From: Lama glama
Lineage: Eukaryota
DNA length: 64,000 nucleotides
Assembly (NCBI GenBank): GCA_028534125.1
Contig: CM052816.1
Location: 28,956,001 to 29,020,000 of the forward strand
Direction of reading: 5' to 3'
Shown here: positions 38,324-52,400 of the stretch, piece after piece
How the letters are laid out: each line of letters starts with the position of its first letter
How positions within the stretch are numbered: the stretch's first letter is position 1
The notes under the pieces: model-generated
What the model was told of the DNA's origin: nothing
The model's input: only the letters and a program-made list of their open reading frames with translations
Database searches by the model: none
Program-made: the position numbers and the translations under genes

Positions 38324-38631
38324 ATCCAGAAGCATCTTGAAACCTACAAAGTTATATGGAATTGGCAAAGCAACATATTATTCATCTATTCAGTAGGTTT
38401 CATGAGAACCACAGCAAATTTGTAAGAGCACCATGGAATCAATGCAGAAATTCCTTGACTATGCTTCCATCTTAAAGGGACTTAAGGAAATCCTTTCAAT
38501 TACAGAATGCAGGTGAAGAAACCACAGTTCAAGAGTGACCACAGGAATAGAATACAGCATCCAGTTTTCCCTAGGCTTAGTAATTCTCCAGCAAACCCTG
38601 TACAATGGGGTCACTCCTCAAGATTATGTCG

Positions 38632-38953
38632 ACAGTCTTCCCTTTGTCTCCTCATCCTTGGTGTTTGGCCGCAGGATCCCCAGTGATACCAAAATTCACT
38701 GTTGCTCAAGTCCCTTATATAAAATGACATAGCATTTGCACATAACCTATGCAACCCTCCCATATACTTTAAATCATTTCTAGATTATTTGTGGTATCTA
38801 ACACAAGGTAAAAGATATATAAATAGCTACTAGACCACGGAAATTTTAAGTTTTGTTTTTTAAAACTTTCTGGAAACTTTTCCTCAGATATTTTTGATCC
38901 ACCAGTTGACTGAACCCATGGTTGCAGAACCTGCACACACAGCAGGCTGACTG
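38632..38953 (+). mobile_element. MER2-like TcMar-Tigger MITE
   Basis: 'gataccaaaattcactgttgctcaagtcccttatataaaatg...tatactttaaatcatttctagatta'; ends 'ggctgactg|ta'. Confidence 0.88.
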
Positions 38954-40169
38954 TATTCAGAAAAAAAGACAATGCATATCGTATATATACCAAGTTCTCA
39001 AATCCAGAAGTCTTTTATTCATTTGCTCCGAATGTCCCACTCTGTGTATCTCAAACCTCAATATTCTAATTCTGTGGCTAAAAATTAATTCAAGAATTTG
39101 AAGAAGGTAGGGTGGGAGAAATAGACATAAAAAAGACAAGAGAATTAAGTTAGCATAACACAGTGACATTCATACTTGATGACCACACCTAAAGGTCCTT
39201 GGGCAAATGATAAAAATAAAATGCAGACCACTAATGGGAGATTTCTCCAAGGCAACAGCAATTAGAACACTGACCTCATATCAAGAAAATGCATCAAATA
39301 ACACACTTTGTAAATCTTGATGGCACAGAATGAGAAACTATACCATATATTACTTAGAGTTCACGTTTTAAAATGTATTTTGAGATAACACTTTTCTGTC
39401 ACACTAACAGATGACAGTTCATTTCTTGCTGCTATGGCAGCTTATATGTGTGCAAGGTGATTAAAGAACAGCATCCTGCTGTTTTGACATTTGATGGAGT
39501 CTGAAAAATATTACTTAAACAGACTGTGTAATAGCAACATTAATCAGCTTTTTAAATCAGTTGGTTCTCAAGATGATACCACAGTTTTTTATCTTTCCCT
39601 TGACTATTAATTTCTTAATGAGAAGAATGCCATATAATGAGCAAAATGTATGTTTATTTATGTTTCTACTCTTAAATAGCTTCCAACTTTTAAATGCCTT
39701 GATATAAGAGAAATTATTAATTGCTTCAAGAAAATCTATCTCAAAGATAAACTTCCAGCTAATAAAATGCAGGATAAATCAGAGAATAAATATATATATT
39801 CCAAAAATATTAACAAAAATCTACTGAGAAGTCCTGTCATATCCTGAAATAGATATACATACCTATCTTCATAAAAATCATTACTCAGATTTATTTTTAT
39901 TGATGTCAATGAATTCTGTGCTTAGAAAAAAATCTTCACATACATTCTTCATTTTAAGCTATCCAGAATGTGATTCTATCTCTGTTATTTAAACTAAACA
40001 ATAACATGATAATTCTGGTATAACCAAAGATTTTACAGTCAATCCTATTTAATCTCTTGAACATCTGTGGATTGAGTAAAGCAAAGATTTCTACTATCTA
40101 GACAAATGCAACACTGAAAGCAATTTTTACAGACAGACTACCATCTAAAGCTTCTAAATGAAAATGCAT

Positions 40170-40288
40170 CCAGCCAGCCATGAATGTTAGATAGCCTTGT
40201 GAGCCCCTAAACTGAGGACCCACTTAAGAAATGCCCAGATTTCTGACCCACAAACATTGTTAGACTAAAATGTGTGTAGTTGTAAGCT
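40170..40288 (+). mobile_element. MLT1 (MaLR) LTR 3' portion, truncated by L1
   Basis: 'gccttgtgag...gaggacccacttaag...tgcccagatttctgacccaca...aaatgtgtgtagttgtaagct'. Confidence 0.75.
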
Positions 40289-43200
40289 TACCTCAAGAAA
40301 CAAGAAAAATGTCAAATAAGCAACCTAACCTTAAACCTAAAGGAAGTAGAGAAGAACAAACAAAATCCAACATTAGTTGTAGGAAAGAAATCATAAAGAT
40401 CAGAGCAGAAATAAATAAAATAGAGACAAAAAATAGAAAAGATCAATGAAACCAAAAGCTGGTGATTTGAAAAGATAAACAAAATTGATAAACCTTTAGC
40501 CAGACTCATAAAGAAAAAAAGGGAGAGGGTCCAAATTAATAAAATCAGAAATGAAAAAGGAGAAGTTACAATATGCCAATAAAATGGACAACCAAGAAAC
40601 AATGGAGAAATTCTTAGAAATATACAATCTCACAAAACTGAACAAGGAATATTTAGAAAACAAAAATAGGCTAATTCCAGTAATGAAGTTGAATCAGTAA
40701 TTTTAAAACTCCCAACAAGCACAAATCCAGAGCCAGATGGCTGCACAGGTGAATTCTACCAAACACTTAGAGAAGAGTTAACACCCATCTTTCTCAAACT
40801 ATTCCAAAAAATTGCAGGGGAAGGAACACTTCTGAAATCATTCTGTAAAGCCAGTATCACCCTGATACTAAAACCAGACAAAGATATCACAAAAAAAGAA
40901 AATTATAGGCAACTATTATTGAAGAACATAGATGCAAAAGTCCTCAACAAAATACTAGCAAACTGAATCTAACAACACATTAAAAGAATAATCAAGTGGC
41001 ATTTATCCCAAGGATGCAAAGACTTTTCAATACCCACAAATCAATCAGTATGTTACATCACATTGACAAACTGAAGAATAAAAATCATTTGATAGATGCA
41101 GAAAAAGCTTTTGACAAAATTCAGCATCCATTTATGATAAAAACTCTCCAGAAAGCAGGCATAGAGGGAACATACCCCAACATAATAAAGGCCATATATG
41201 ACAAACCCACAGTTAACATCATACTCAACGGTGAAAAGCTGAAAGCATTTTCTCTAAGATCAGACACAAGATAAAAGATTTCCACTTTTATTGAACATAG
41301 TATTGAAGGTCCTAGCCACAATAATCAGAGTAGAAAAAGGAATAAAAGGTCCCTGAATTGGAAGGGAAGAAGTAAAATTGTCATTGTATGCAGATGACAT
41401 GATACTATATATAGAAAACTGTAAAGACTCTACACAAAAATTATTAGAACTGATAAACAAATTCAGCAAGATAGCAGGATAAAAGACTAACATGAAGAAA
41501 TCTGTTGCATTTCTTTACACTAACAATGAAATATCAAAAATGGAAAGTAAAGGAAAAAAAGCCCTTTTAAAAATCACATCCAAACAATAAAATATTTAGT
41601 AAGAAACCCAAAGAAAAGTAGGTGAAAGGCTTATATGCTGAGAACTATGTAACACTGATAAAGGAAACTGAAGATAATTTAAAGAAATGGAAAGCTATCC
41701 CATACTCTTGGATTGGAAGAATTCATATTGTTAAAATGGCCACACTACCCAAAGCAATCTACAGATTTGATACAATCCCTATCAAATTACCCGGGACATT
41801 TTTTCACAGAACTAGGACAAGTAATCCTCAAATTTATATGGAATCATAAAAGACACAGAATTGCTAAAGCAATCCTGAGGGAAAAGAACAAAGCTAAAGA
41901 TATAACCCTCCCAGATTTCAGACAATACTACAGAGCTCCAGTAATAAAAACAGCATGGTATTAGCACAAAAAGACATATAGATCAATGGATCAGAATAGA
42001 GAGCCCAGAAATAAATCCACACACCTATGGTCAATTAATCTTCAGCAAAGGAGGCAACAATGTACAATGTGAAAATGTCTCTTCAGCAAGTGGTGTTGGG
42101 AAAGCTGGACAGCCACATGCAAATTAATGAAGTAAGAACACTCCCTCACACCATACACAGAAATAAACTCAAAATGACTTAATGACTTAAATATAAGACA
42201 TGACACCATACAATTCCTAGAAGAAAACATAGGCAAAATATTTTCTAATGTAAATCATAGCAATGTTTTCTTAGGTCAGTCTCCCAAAGTAAATAAAAGC
42301 AAAAACAGACAAATAGGACCTAATCAAATGTAAGCTCCTGCAAAGCAAAGAAAACCATAAACAAAACAAAAAGACAACCTACAGGCTGGGAGAAAGTATT
42401 TGCCAATGATGTAACTGACAAGGGCTGAATTTCCAAAATACACAAATAGTTCATATAACTTAGTAACAAAAAAACCAACCTAATTAAAAAATGGGCAGAA
42501 GACGTAAATAGACATTTCTCCAAAGAAGATATACAGATGATCAACAGGCACACGAAAAGATGCTCAATGTCATTATTAGAACAATGTAAATCAAAACTAC
42601 AATGAGTTATGACCACACACCAGTCAGAATGGCTGTCATTAAAAAGTCTACAAATACCAAACACTGGAGAAGATGAGGAGAAAAAGGAACCCTCCTATAC
42701 TGTTGGTGGGAATGTAAGCTGATGCACTCACTATGGAAAACAGTATGTTTCCTTAAAAAACTTAAAATAGAGTTACCTTATGATCCAGCAATACCATTCC
42801 TGGGCATATATCCAGAGAAAACTCTAATCTGAAAAGATGCACGCATCTCAATGTTCACAGCAGCAATATTTACAGTAGCTAAGAAATGGAAGCAACCTAA
42901 ATGTCCATCAACAGATGAATGGATAAAGATGATGTGGTATATTTACATAAAGAAATATTACTCAGCCATAAAAAATAATTCCTTTTGTAGCAACATGGAT
43001 GTACCTGGAGATTATCATACTAAGTAAAATAAATCAGAGAAAGACAAATATACGATATAACTTATACATGGAATCTAAAATATGATACAAATGAACTTTA
43101 CAGAAACAGACTCCACATAGAAAACAAACTTATGGTTACCAAAGGGGAAAGTTTGGGAGTGGGTATAAATTAGGTGTTTGGGATTAGCAGATTCAAACTA

Positions 43201-43399
43201 CTATGAATAAAATAGATAAGCAAGTTTATATTATAAACACAGGGAACTGTATTCAATATTTTGTGATAAACTATGATGGAAAAGAATATGAAAAAGAATA
43301 TATATATTCTGAATCACTTTGCTGTACATCAGAAACTAAAGACAACATTGTAAATCAACTATACTTCAATTTTAAAAAAAAAAGAAGAAAAAGAAAAAA
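40289..43399 (+). mobile_element. 5'-truncated L1 (~3.1 kb, disrupted ORF2 RT region and 3' UTR)
   Basis: ORF fragments '[19 protein letters not shown]', '[20 protein letters not shown]', '[19 protein letters not shown]'; 'ttgtatgcagatgacatg' (YADD); A-rich tail 43374-43399. Confidence 0.96.
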
Positions 43400-43419
43400 T
43401 ACATGGAATTACACCTCTT

Positions 43420-43623
43420 AGGAGAGGTTTGGAGGCTAGAAAGCTTCACTGTCAAATATAACCAGAGGCAGTTCAGGTAAGAGGAACAAAATACTTGTGT
43501 GATAGTGCCACCTACCAGAAAATCAAGGAAAGAACTCTAACTCTTAGCCTGTCATTTAATTTGAAATGCTCCAGCAGAGGAACAATTTATCAAGCAGCAT
43601 GAAGAACCACAGTAACACTATAT

Positions 43624-43661
<38 letters not shown>

Positions 43662-46600
43662 GACAGTTCTCCAAAAACCAAATATAAAATCATGGAAGAC
43701 TGCAGTCTAACTGCTAGGGAATTCAAAATAGGTGTCATGAAGAAACTCAATGAGAAAAAGAAACTTTAGGTGAGCAGTTTAATGAGCTCAGAAATAAAAT
43801 TAACGAACAAAAGGGATACTTTACCAAAGAGATTAAAACTCTAAAACAGAACCAAACAAATTCTGGAGTTGAGGAGCAAAATCAATGAGAAGAAGAATGC
43901 ACTAGAGAGCATTAGAAATACAGTAGACCATATTAGAGAATTAGTAAGCCCGAAGATAGAAATCTAGAAATGATACAAGTAGAAGAGGAAAGAGAAATAA
44001 GATATTTAATAAATGAAGAAATCCTCAAGAGCTATCTGAACCTTTCAGGAAGGCAACATTAGGATAATGGGTATCCCATAAGGAGAAGTGATTCTTTAAA
44101 GAAATAATAGCTGACAACTTTCCAGGCTGGAAAAAGAAACTGCATTTACAAGACCATGAAGCTAAGAGAACACCTAATTACCTCAATCCAAAAAGACCTT
44201 TTCCAAGACACATAATACTAAAATTGTCAAAAGTTGATAACAAAAAAAGAATTTTAAAGGCAGCAAGATACAAAGAAGGGTAACCTACAAAAGAACCCTC
44301 ATTAGGCTATCAGCAGATTTCTCAGCAGAAGCCCTATAGGCCAAAAGGGCATGGAATGACATTCTCAAAACACTGAAAGAGAAAAACTGTCACCCAAGAA
44401 TACTGTTTGCAACAAAATTATCATTCACATGTAAAAGAAAAAAAAAAGATTTTCTCAAACAAAAGCTGAGGGAATTCATCAACACTAGACCTGCTTTACA
44501 AGAGATGTTGAAAAAAGCATTTTTTTACCAGAAATAAAACAGCAAAAAACACAGAAAACTTTGAGAAAGTTGATAAATAGACAAAACCATAAAATTGTAA
44601 CTCTCTATCAGAATAGGTTTTTAAACAGTTTATTATAGTATAAAGTTTAAAGGAAGGAACAAAGAAAGCAGAAAAATAGCTATAGCTATCTCAGTTTGGT
44701 AACAAACTCACAAGATAAAATAGATAATAATTTAAGACAACAAAAACAAAAGGGAAAAGGAAAAGAATGAAACCCATACAGGTAATTGAAGATAAGATAC
44801 TTTCAGCAGAAAAAGGACTATTTTAGGTATGAGACATTTATACAAACCTCATGGTAACCACATTATATAAATCTAGAGCAGAGACATGAAACATAAAAAA
44901 AGGAAGCTGAGAGAAACATAAAAAAACACAAACCAAAATGGCAGACAGAAACATAAGGAAAAAGAAACAACAGAGACAGAGCAACCAAAAAACAAAATAT
45001 AAAATGGCAGTACCAGGTTCTAACTTACTGATAATAATCCTAATGTCAGTGGATTGAACTCACCCATCAAAGGCACAGAGTGGCTAGATGGATTAAAAAA
45101 ACAAGACCTAACCATGTGCTAACTCCAGAAGACATACTTCAGCTCTAAATGCAAATACTGGCTCAAAGGAAAAGGACAGAAGAGGATTCTCCAAACAAAT
45201 AGCAGCCAAAAAAGTGAGTCTAGCCATACCCATATGAGACAAAATAGTCTTCAAGCCAAAAAAAGATAAAGGAGACAAAAGAGGACGGAATATAATAATA
45301 AATGGGACAATTCATCAAGAAGATTTAACAGTGATTAATATATGAACTTAACATAGGAACACCAAAATATATAAAACAATTATTACAGACCTAATTGTGT
45401 TGTGATAGCAACACAGTAATAGTAGGGGACTTTAACACTCTACTTAGACCATTCAGACAGAAAGTCAACAAGAAAACGGCAGCCTTAAGTGAAACATTAG
45501 ACCAGATGGATTTGATATATTTGTACAGAACATTCCACCCAAATGCAGCATTATTCTCAAGTGCACATGGAATTTTCTCAAGGATAAACCATATGTTGGG
45601 ACACAAGATGTCTCAGTAAATTTAAGAAGACTGAAATCATCTTCTTCAAACACGATGGAAAGAAACTAGAAATCAGCAGCAAGAGAGTAACTGGAAAAAT
45701 CAAAAATACGTGGAGACTGAACAACATGCTACTGAACAACTCTTGGGACAATGGAGAAATCAAAGGAGAAATCAAAAATTACCTAAAAACAAATTAAAAT
45801 AAAAATAGAATATATCAAAATCTATAGGATACAGCAAAAGCAGTACTAAGAGGGAAATATACAGCGTATACAAGCTCACCTCAAGAAACAAGAAAAATCG
45901 CAAATAAACAATTTAACTTCACACCAAAAGGAACTAGAAAAAGAAGAAAAAATAAAGCTAATAAAGCAAAGTTAGTAGAAGGAAGGAAAAAAGATCAGAG
46001 CAGAAAAAAGTGAAATAAAGACCAAAAAGACAATAGAAAAGATCAGTGACACTAAGAACTGGTTCATTGAAGAGACAGACAAAATTGGCAAACCATCAAT
46101 AAAATAGAAAGACAGCCTACCAAATGGGAGAGAGATTTGCTGATGATGTATCTGATAAGGGTTAATACACAAAATATATAAAAACTCGTATAGCTCAACA
46201 GCCCAAAAACCAAACAATCCAATTAAAACATGGGAAGAGGAGCTGAATAGACATGTTTCCAAAGAAGACATACAAATGGCCAACAGGCACATGAAAAGAT
46301 GTTCAGCATCTCTAATTATTAGGGAAATGCACATCAAAACCACAGTGAGATATCTCACACTTGCCAGAAGGGCTATTATCAAAAAAGCAAGAAATAACAA
46401 GTGTTGGTGAGTATGTTGGGAAGAGGGAACCCTCACCTCATGTACTATTGGTGGGAATGTAAATTGGTGTAGCCACTATGGAAGACAGTATGGAGATTTC
46501 TCAAAAAATTGGGAATATAACTACCATACAATCCATAAATTCCACTTCTGGATATTTATACAAAGAGTACAAAAACACTCTAAAAAGCTATCTGCACCCC

Positions 46601-47090
46601 CATGTTCATCTCAGCATTATTTGCAATAGCATATATATATATAAACAACCTAAATGAATGAAACAACAGATGAATGGATAAGGAAGATGTGAGATATATA
46701 TAAAAAAGATGAAATCTTGTCATTTGGAACAACATGGATGGCCTTGAGGGACTTATGCTAAGTAAGATGGAGAAAGACAATACCATATGATTTCACACAT
46801 ATGTAGAATATAAAAAACTAATAAGCAAACAAATAAAAACAAAATAAATGAACAAACCTAAAAAACAGCAAACACTTACATACAGAGAACAGAGTAGTGG
46901 TTACCAGAGGGGAAGGGGTGAGGAAGAAGGCAAAATGGGTGAAGGGGATCAACTGTATGGTGATGAATGGAAAATAAATTTTTGGTGGTGAGCTCATGGT
47001 AGGCTATACAGAAGTAGATTTATAATGTACTTGTGAAACAATGTAATGTTATCAGTCTTACCTGAATAATTAATTAATTAATTTTTAAAA
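43420..47090 (+). mobile_element. Older L1 with ORF1, endonuclease region and 3' end, RT region deleted
   Basis: ORF1-like 'attaggctatcagcagatttctcagcagaa'; EN 'IVGDFNT', 'LDQMDL..LYRTFHP'; jumps at ~46092 to ORF2 C-terminus; 3' UTR 'ggggatcaactgtatggtgatg...tttggtggtgag' differs from the neighbouring L1. Confidence 0.93.
43626..43659. repeat. (CA)17 microsatellite at the start of L1 ORF1
   Basis: Read directly. Confidence 0.97.
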
Positions 47091-47669
47091 GAGTTGCAAC
47101 CCATGTGCAACTGATCTTAGGTAACTTTGAAAGTTTCAAAAGTCCGTTCTTTATATTTTACTAGGAATTGCTTCTGTCTGCAAAGTGAAGAGGCTCAGGA
47201 TCCATCCCAATGACATCTCTGATTCTTCCATCTTATTCCTACTGCTTCAAGGCTTAGATAAGTCAACTTTTATTTTTTCTGTTTTTGACATTTTTTTTCT
47301 TTTCTTGACTCATCTTCTCTCTGTCAGCGTACCTCTATTTCCTCTTCCATTGCCAAACTTGAGACTCTAATAATTTCACACCTGAATCACATCAATACTT
47401 CCTTACCTTCCCAAAGTCCTTTTTTCCTTCTAGAACATTTAACAGAGTACTGCCAGGTTAATATTTCTAAAATGCTATTTCTAAATATTAGCAAAACCAA
47501 ATTATGTATCAGCATTTTTCCCCAACCTGGGCTCTTACTCACTTTTTCACCCTTGGTGGTTTCCCATGCTCTGAATACCAGGAAATAGCCCAAAAAGCCT
47601 AGCTAGTTTCTCTGGGAGATATTTCTTAGAGGGAAATTCAATCCAACTCCATAGTTTTGGATTTAACTA

Positions 47670-48570
47670 AAATGTTGGAGTTTCCTAGTCAATGCCACAC
47701 ATCATGCTTGACACTGGAGAGCAGCAATTTGTAAGACATGGCCCTGCCCTTGAAGAGTTCACTATGGTCAGGAGGAGAGCTTAAAGCCCACTGCCACAAA
47801 ACAGGAGGCGATTACTAGAGAGGATTATGCATTAAATGCTGTTAAGAACACAAATGAGGGGAGTAGTGGATGTAAGATTAGAGAGAATGACCTAGGAAGA
47901 TGATGTAGTAGACAGTTCACTGGGTCATTTATTTATCATCCTGATTAGGAAATTAGGGTTTTCATTCCTAAATAATGTTCAAAGCAAGAAGGAGAAAAAA
48001 GGCTTCCTTATAGCATACATAAGGTGGTTTCAATTGGAAGATGATGGATACCTAAACTGGAGAAAGCAAAGAAGGAAAGGTGGAAGATAAACCTATGTAA
48101 CGAAGAAATACAAGACTGTGAATAACAATACAGGAGAGAGAATGAGAGAACAGGATTAAGTTGCGCTCCAAGTTCTCAGGTCTGAGTGCTGAAGGCAAAA
48201 TAAGATGATCAGTGACAAAACATTCAGAATAGAACCAGGGCTGGAGAGATGGGGAAGTGTGGCATTTGAGATAGACTAATTGGAGAGAGATCTCACTTGC
48301 AGCAGGCAGTTATAGGTGACATAGGAATACAGTGTTGGTGTGTATTTGGTAACATGAAAAAAACATTAAGGAAGTGGTGCAAAAAGAAAAGAGGCGAGCC
48401 AAGAATGGAATGTTAGGATTCATCTTACATTTGAAGTCAGCAGGATCTGGTGAAACCAAGTAAAGAAAATAAAAAGGAGGAAGTCAGAAAATTAAGAAGA
48501 GAAACTCAACCTCATCTAGGACCTATCAGTCTTTTTAGATACTGCTCTAAAATAAAGATTATGAATTGTC
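47670..48570 (-). mobile_element. Degraded L2
   Basis: 'taagacatggccctgcccttgaagagttcac', 'ctccaagttctcaggtctgagtgctg'. Confidence 0.6.
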
Positions 48571-49229
48571 CTCTGCTCTAGCAAATAAGACTGTTTTGGT
48601 CTTTATTTATTAGTGGTCATGGAAATTTGAGTTAGCTTTTGAAAATTTATTTCAAAATATGAAGCAGGGAATCTTTACAGTACGTACAAGGGTATGTTTT
48701 TAATTATGAAGTAACAATATGACAGAAAATCTAATGAAATAAACTACAAGTCACTGAGAAAAATGGAGACACATGGCTTCTCTCCAGCTAATTTGACTGC
48801 TCCCAATAGCCACTCTGCTGTAAACTGCCACCAGCAAGCCTCATACTTCAAAACCATCAAAATAAAAGAACATACAAAGTTCTACATAATAAATAGTAGC
48901 CTGTATTTAAAGCCAATGTGTTTTACATTTTTAGTCCTAAGCAGAGGTCTCTTACATTAACATTGAAAGGACCTACCAATAGTTCATAAATCCAAGCCTA
49001 TAAAACTACACGCCTCCCACTGATACTCAATATTGCAGGTTTTTATAAGCCCTCTCTGGGGTAGAGTCCTCAACTTCACAGGCCACAAAAGGATGCTGAC
49101 TAAAACTGGCCTATACCTAAGGGATAAAGAGTTCAAATAAATCTAAGCCAAAACATTAGTACTAAACAATTAAAATGTAATCTAACCAACCTACATATCA
49201 GACTATTTTATGACTTTTTTTCTTAAATG

Positions 49230-49450
49230 GGAACCAGTAGTATTTGGAGTCAGACAGATGGTTATCCAAATTCTAGTTCTGCTACCTAATAGTTATGTGA
49301 CCCTTGAAAATATTAGGGAATCTCACTTTCTTTACAAGAGAAATGGATGGTATGTATCACTTGTAGGGTCACTGAGAAGGTTAAATGAAGTAACATATAA
49401 ATTACCTAGAACAAGGCCTGGTGCATATCTGCACTATGTAATTGGATGAG
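49230..49450 (+). mobile_element. MIR SINE
   Basis: 'ttggagtcagacaga...aaattctagttctgctacctaatagttatgtgacc...aggttaaatgaagtaa'. Confidence 0.8.
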
Positions 49451-49904
49451 GTTAGTTTTAAAGAATAACATTAATTTTGTTTGATCTCCTTTCTCTACTG
49501 TAATTTGATCGACTGGTATTCATAAAAAAAGCAGTATTTTTGTAATCTGATTTTTTCAAGATTGCACATGATTTAACATTATTTCCAGCAAACTGTATTG
49601 TTAATTTCTCTAGCCTTTATGACAATCTATGATTAATGCTCTCTTAGCTAGTAATAAATGTGATGTTATGAGTTCTGTAACTTGAAGCATTATAAGTAGG
49701 GCAAAATGAGATGATTTGTGCAATCAAAGACAGGTGGGACGGTTCATACTTGACCCTCACTCAGGAAATATAAAATAATTTATGATAGGAGTACAGGACC
49801 ATTTAGGAGAGAAAAATACATCAGGCAAAGAAAAAGATATTGTATTTTTAAAAGATAGTATGAACCTTAAGTTAATTATGCAATACAGTATGATTATTAA
49901 CAAC

Positions 49905-50021
49905 TTGCCTTCTTTTAATCAGATGTGCCTTGGCTAAGTCACTGACGTTCTCTGTGCCTCAGTTTCCTTGTCTGTTAAATTTTTTACCTCATAGAGTCTA
50001 AAGGTTTAAATGAGTTAATAG
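49905..50021 (+). mobile_element. MIR SINE, interrupted by an LTR
   Basis: 'ttctctgtgcctcagtttccttgtctgttaaa...ttaaatgagttaata'. Confidence 0.8.
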
Positions 50022-50560
50022 TGTAGAAGGGCAGAATTTGCCACCACAAAATATGTCTTTTTGGCATAAGGATTATTTATGCTGATTATTTTTTAAGAAA
50101 CTGCAGACATAGGAAAAGCCCTGAAAACTGAAAAGAATTTACCCTTTCCTAAGGGACACTTGCATGTACAAAAGAAATTTTTATTTATAAGGAAATCTCC
50201 TTGCTATACCAGGAAGAGAAGGATGACTCCAAATCTCTAGAAATTCTATCATGCAGAAAGCAACAACTTAAATTTGCATAACAACTTTACCCTTATTTAC
50301 TGTGCTTTTCCTGGTAACCTCCATTAACTGACTCCCAATCTCAACATCTCCTTTTGTCTTTGACTGAAGATGGTATAAGATCTTCCTTCATTTCAAAGAG
50401 TTACTCAGTTTTTCTGGGTCTCTCCCATGTATTCAGGAGGTATACATGTTATTAAACTTTTATTTGTTTTTCTCGTATTAATCAGTCTTATATCAATTAA
50501 ATCATTAGAGCAGCCAAAGAACCGAGAAGGGAAGAAGAGAACGTTTTTCCACTTGTACTA
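50022..50560 (+). mobile_element. ERV1 solo LTR, MER34-like
   Basis: 'tgtagaagggcagaatttgccaccacaaaatatgtctttttggcataaggattattt' ... 'attaaacttt...gccaaagaaccgagaagggaagaag'. Confidence 0.85.
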
Positions 50561-50645
50561 TATATATATATATAGCACATACACGTATATGATATATACG
50601 TAGATATATATATATAGTACTATCTGGATATATGTGTATATATAT
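50559..50645. repeat. Compound (TA)n-rich microsatellite
   Basis: Read directly. Confidence 0.85.
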
Positions 50646-50709
50646 GGTGCAAAGCAGTCAAAAATACTTATTTTTCAATATTGATTGTCATTATTCTTTC
50701 TGGAATTCA

Positions 50710-51090
50710 TTAGAGTCCTGGAAATAAAGAGTAAACACACTCTGCTGGGATTATGAAAAGAACCTATTATTGGTATGATTTTCAGGGGTGTGGGCAGGGA
50801 TAGGAACAGTAAGAAACACTGAGGCACCCAGGGACTTGCAACAGTCAGAAGCCATTATCACAATGAGGCCTGCAGAGGCAAGCAGGGGGAGGACAGTGTT
50901 GGAAAGGGCAGGGGGGAACCATCTCTATTTTCAGCTGACCAAACTCAAGAGGAAACCAGAGGGCAGGGGGGTCAAGGTAGTCAAGGCAAGCGTAGTGCAG
51001 AGGAGTCAGCCCCCAGGGCTCCAACAGGGCACAGAAGGTCAGAGATAACCTTCCATGAGGATGAAGGTTAAACAGAAACTACCCAGCCCA
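50710..51090 (-). mobile_element. Ancient ERVL/MaLR-type LTR fragment
   Basis: 'gaccaaactcaagaggaaaccagagggcagggg...agtcagccccc' motif common in old MaLR/ERVL LTRs. Confidence 0.4.
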
Positions 51091-51612
51091 AACCATAATT
51101 AAATCATTGAAATAAACCCCTTATTCCTTAGAAATAGTTAGTCTCAGCCCAGAGCCTTTATTTTGCTCACTGCATTTCTTCCTCAGTTTCTCAACCATGT
51201 CAAGTCTGTTTTTAGCTTTAGGAGAGAGACCCACTGTGACAGCAGTGTCACATCTGATATCTTCTGGGGTCTGAATGGTGGAGTGTCAGCCTTTATTTTG
51301 AGACACATATTTCTCTTTTACTATTCTAATCCATAGTCAAAAGGAAGAAAATTATTGATAATTTTTAAAAAGCCATAAGTCTGATAAATTTAAATTGTCA
51401 ATTTGTGTGGAAGACAGAGGTGTCAAAAATCTAATAAGTCTGTTAACATTTTTGGTGACTTCTTAACAGAGCAATGGCTCACTTTATGTTTGGTTGTGTT
51501 CTATATTCTATTCTACAGAGATCATATTCATAATTATTAGACTCACTTTCAGCCAAAGATTTTACATTCAACCAGCAAACAGTCTAAATGAATCAGCCTA
51601 AATCTTGATATT

Positions 51613-51860
51613 TGACAGACTCTCTCCTTAACCAAATGTCAGCTGGGCTCCTTGAAGTTCTATTTTTGACTAGGACTTGCCCTTGAGCCCTATCCTTGGC
51701 CTGCTTAGTCCAGTTTATCAAGAATCAAGCATAGTTAGTTTAGCAAAAATTCCCTTCCTTTAATACCTGATAAAACTCCTCACCCTTGACCAGTGGTATC
51801 CAACCGCCCTTGATACTTGATCAGTTTCTTTATTCTCCACCCTGGCTGTCTTATCACTGT
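51613..51860 (+). mobile_element. MER31-like ERV1 LTR (5' part)
   Basis: 'tgacagactctctccttaaccaaa...gggctcc...gactagg...cctgcttagtccagttt'. Confidence 0.7.
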
Positions 51861-51869
51861 TGGAGTGTG

Positions 51870-52400
51870 TGTCAAAGGGATTTCCCCCTTCTCCTTCTGG
51901 AATTCTTTTGGCTAGTTTAATAATATGACATGAGACAGATTAACAAAAGAAAATCAAGGTTAATTTTGTATGTGTGGGGGTCTTACAGATATACGACCTA
52001 AAGAAATGACCAAAGCAGCCAGCTTTCATACTTTTTAGACAAAGAAACAATACATTTATGAGGTATTGACAAGGACAAAAAAATTTAGGCTTGGGTGCTT
52101 AATTAGTAAAGAACCTACACAAGATTTTGAGCTTGGAGTACTAAACTAGTAAAGGAGTAACAAGGTCTGTTACACAGGCCTCTTAGCCCCGGATTCCCTA
52201 TCCGTGGTTATTAGGTGTCTTCCTGCCCCCTGGTGCAGGGAGAGCACCTTTCACAAGGGAGATTTATTTTGTGATTTCAGGGAGGCAGAGAAGAGGGTCC
52301 AAGTGTTCTTACTGCACTGACTGTTCCTCAAGTAACTTTAACTTAAAATAGTTAGTATGTCACTTTGTCATATTTTGGGGAAGTCTGCCTTAAGACCTTC
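51870..52400 (-). mobile_element. ERV1 LTR (MER34/MER39 group)
   Basis: 'gacagattaacaaaagaaaa' and 'catattttgggg' are reverse complements of motifs in the LTRs at 18594 and 50022. Confidence 0.7.
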
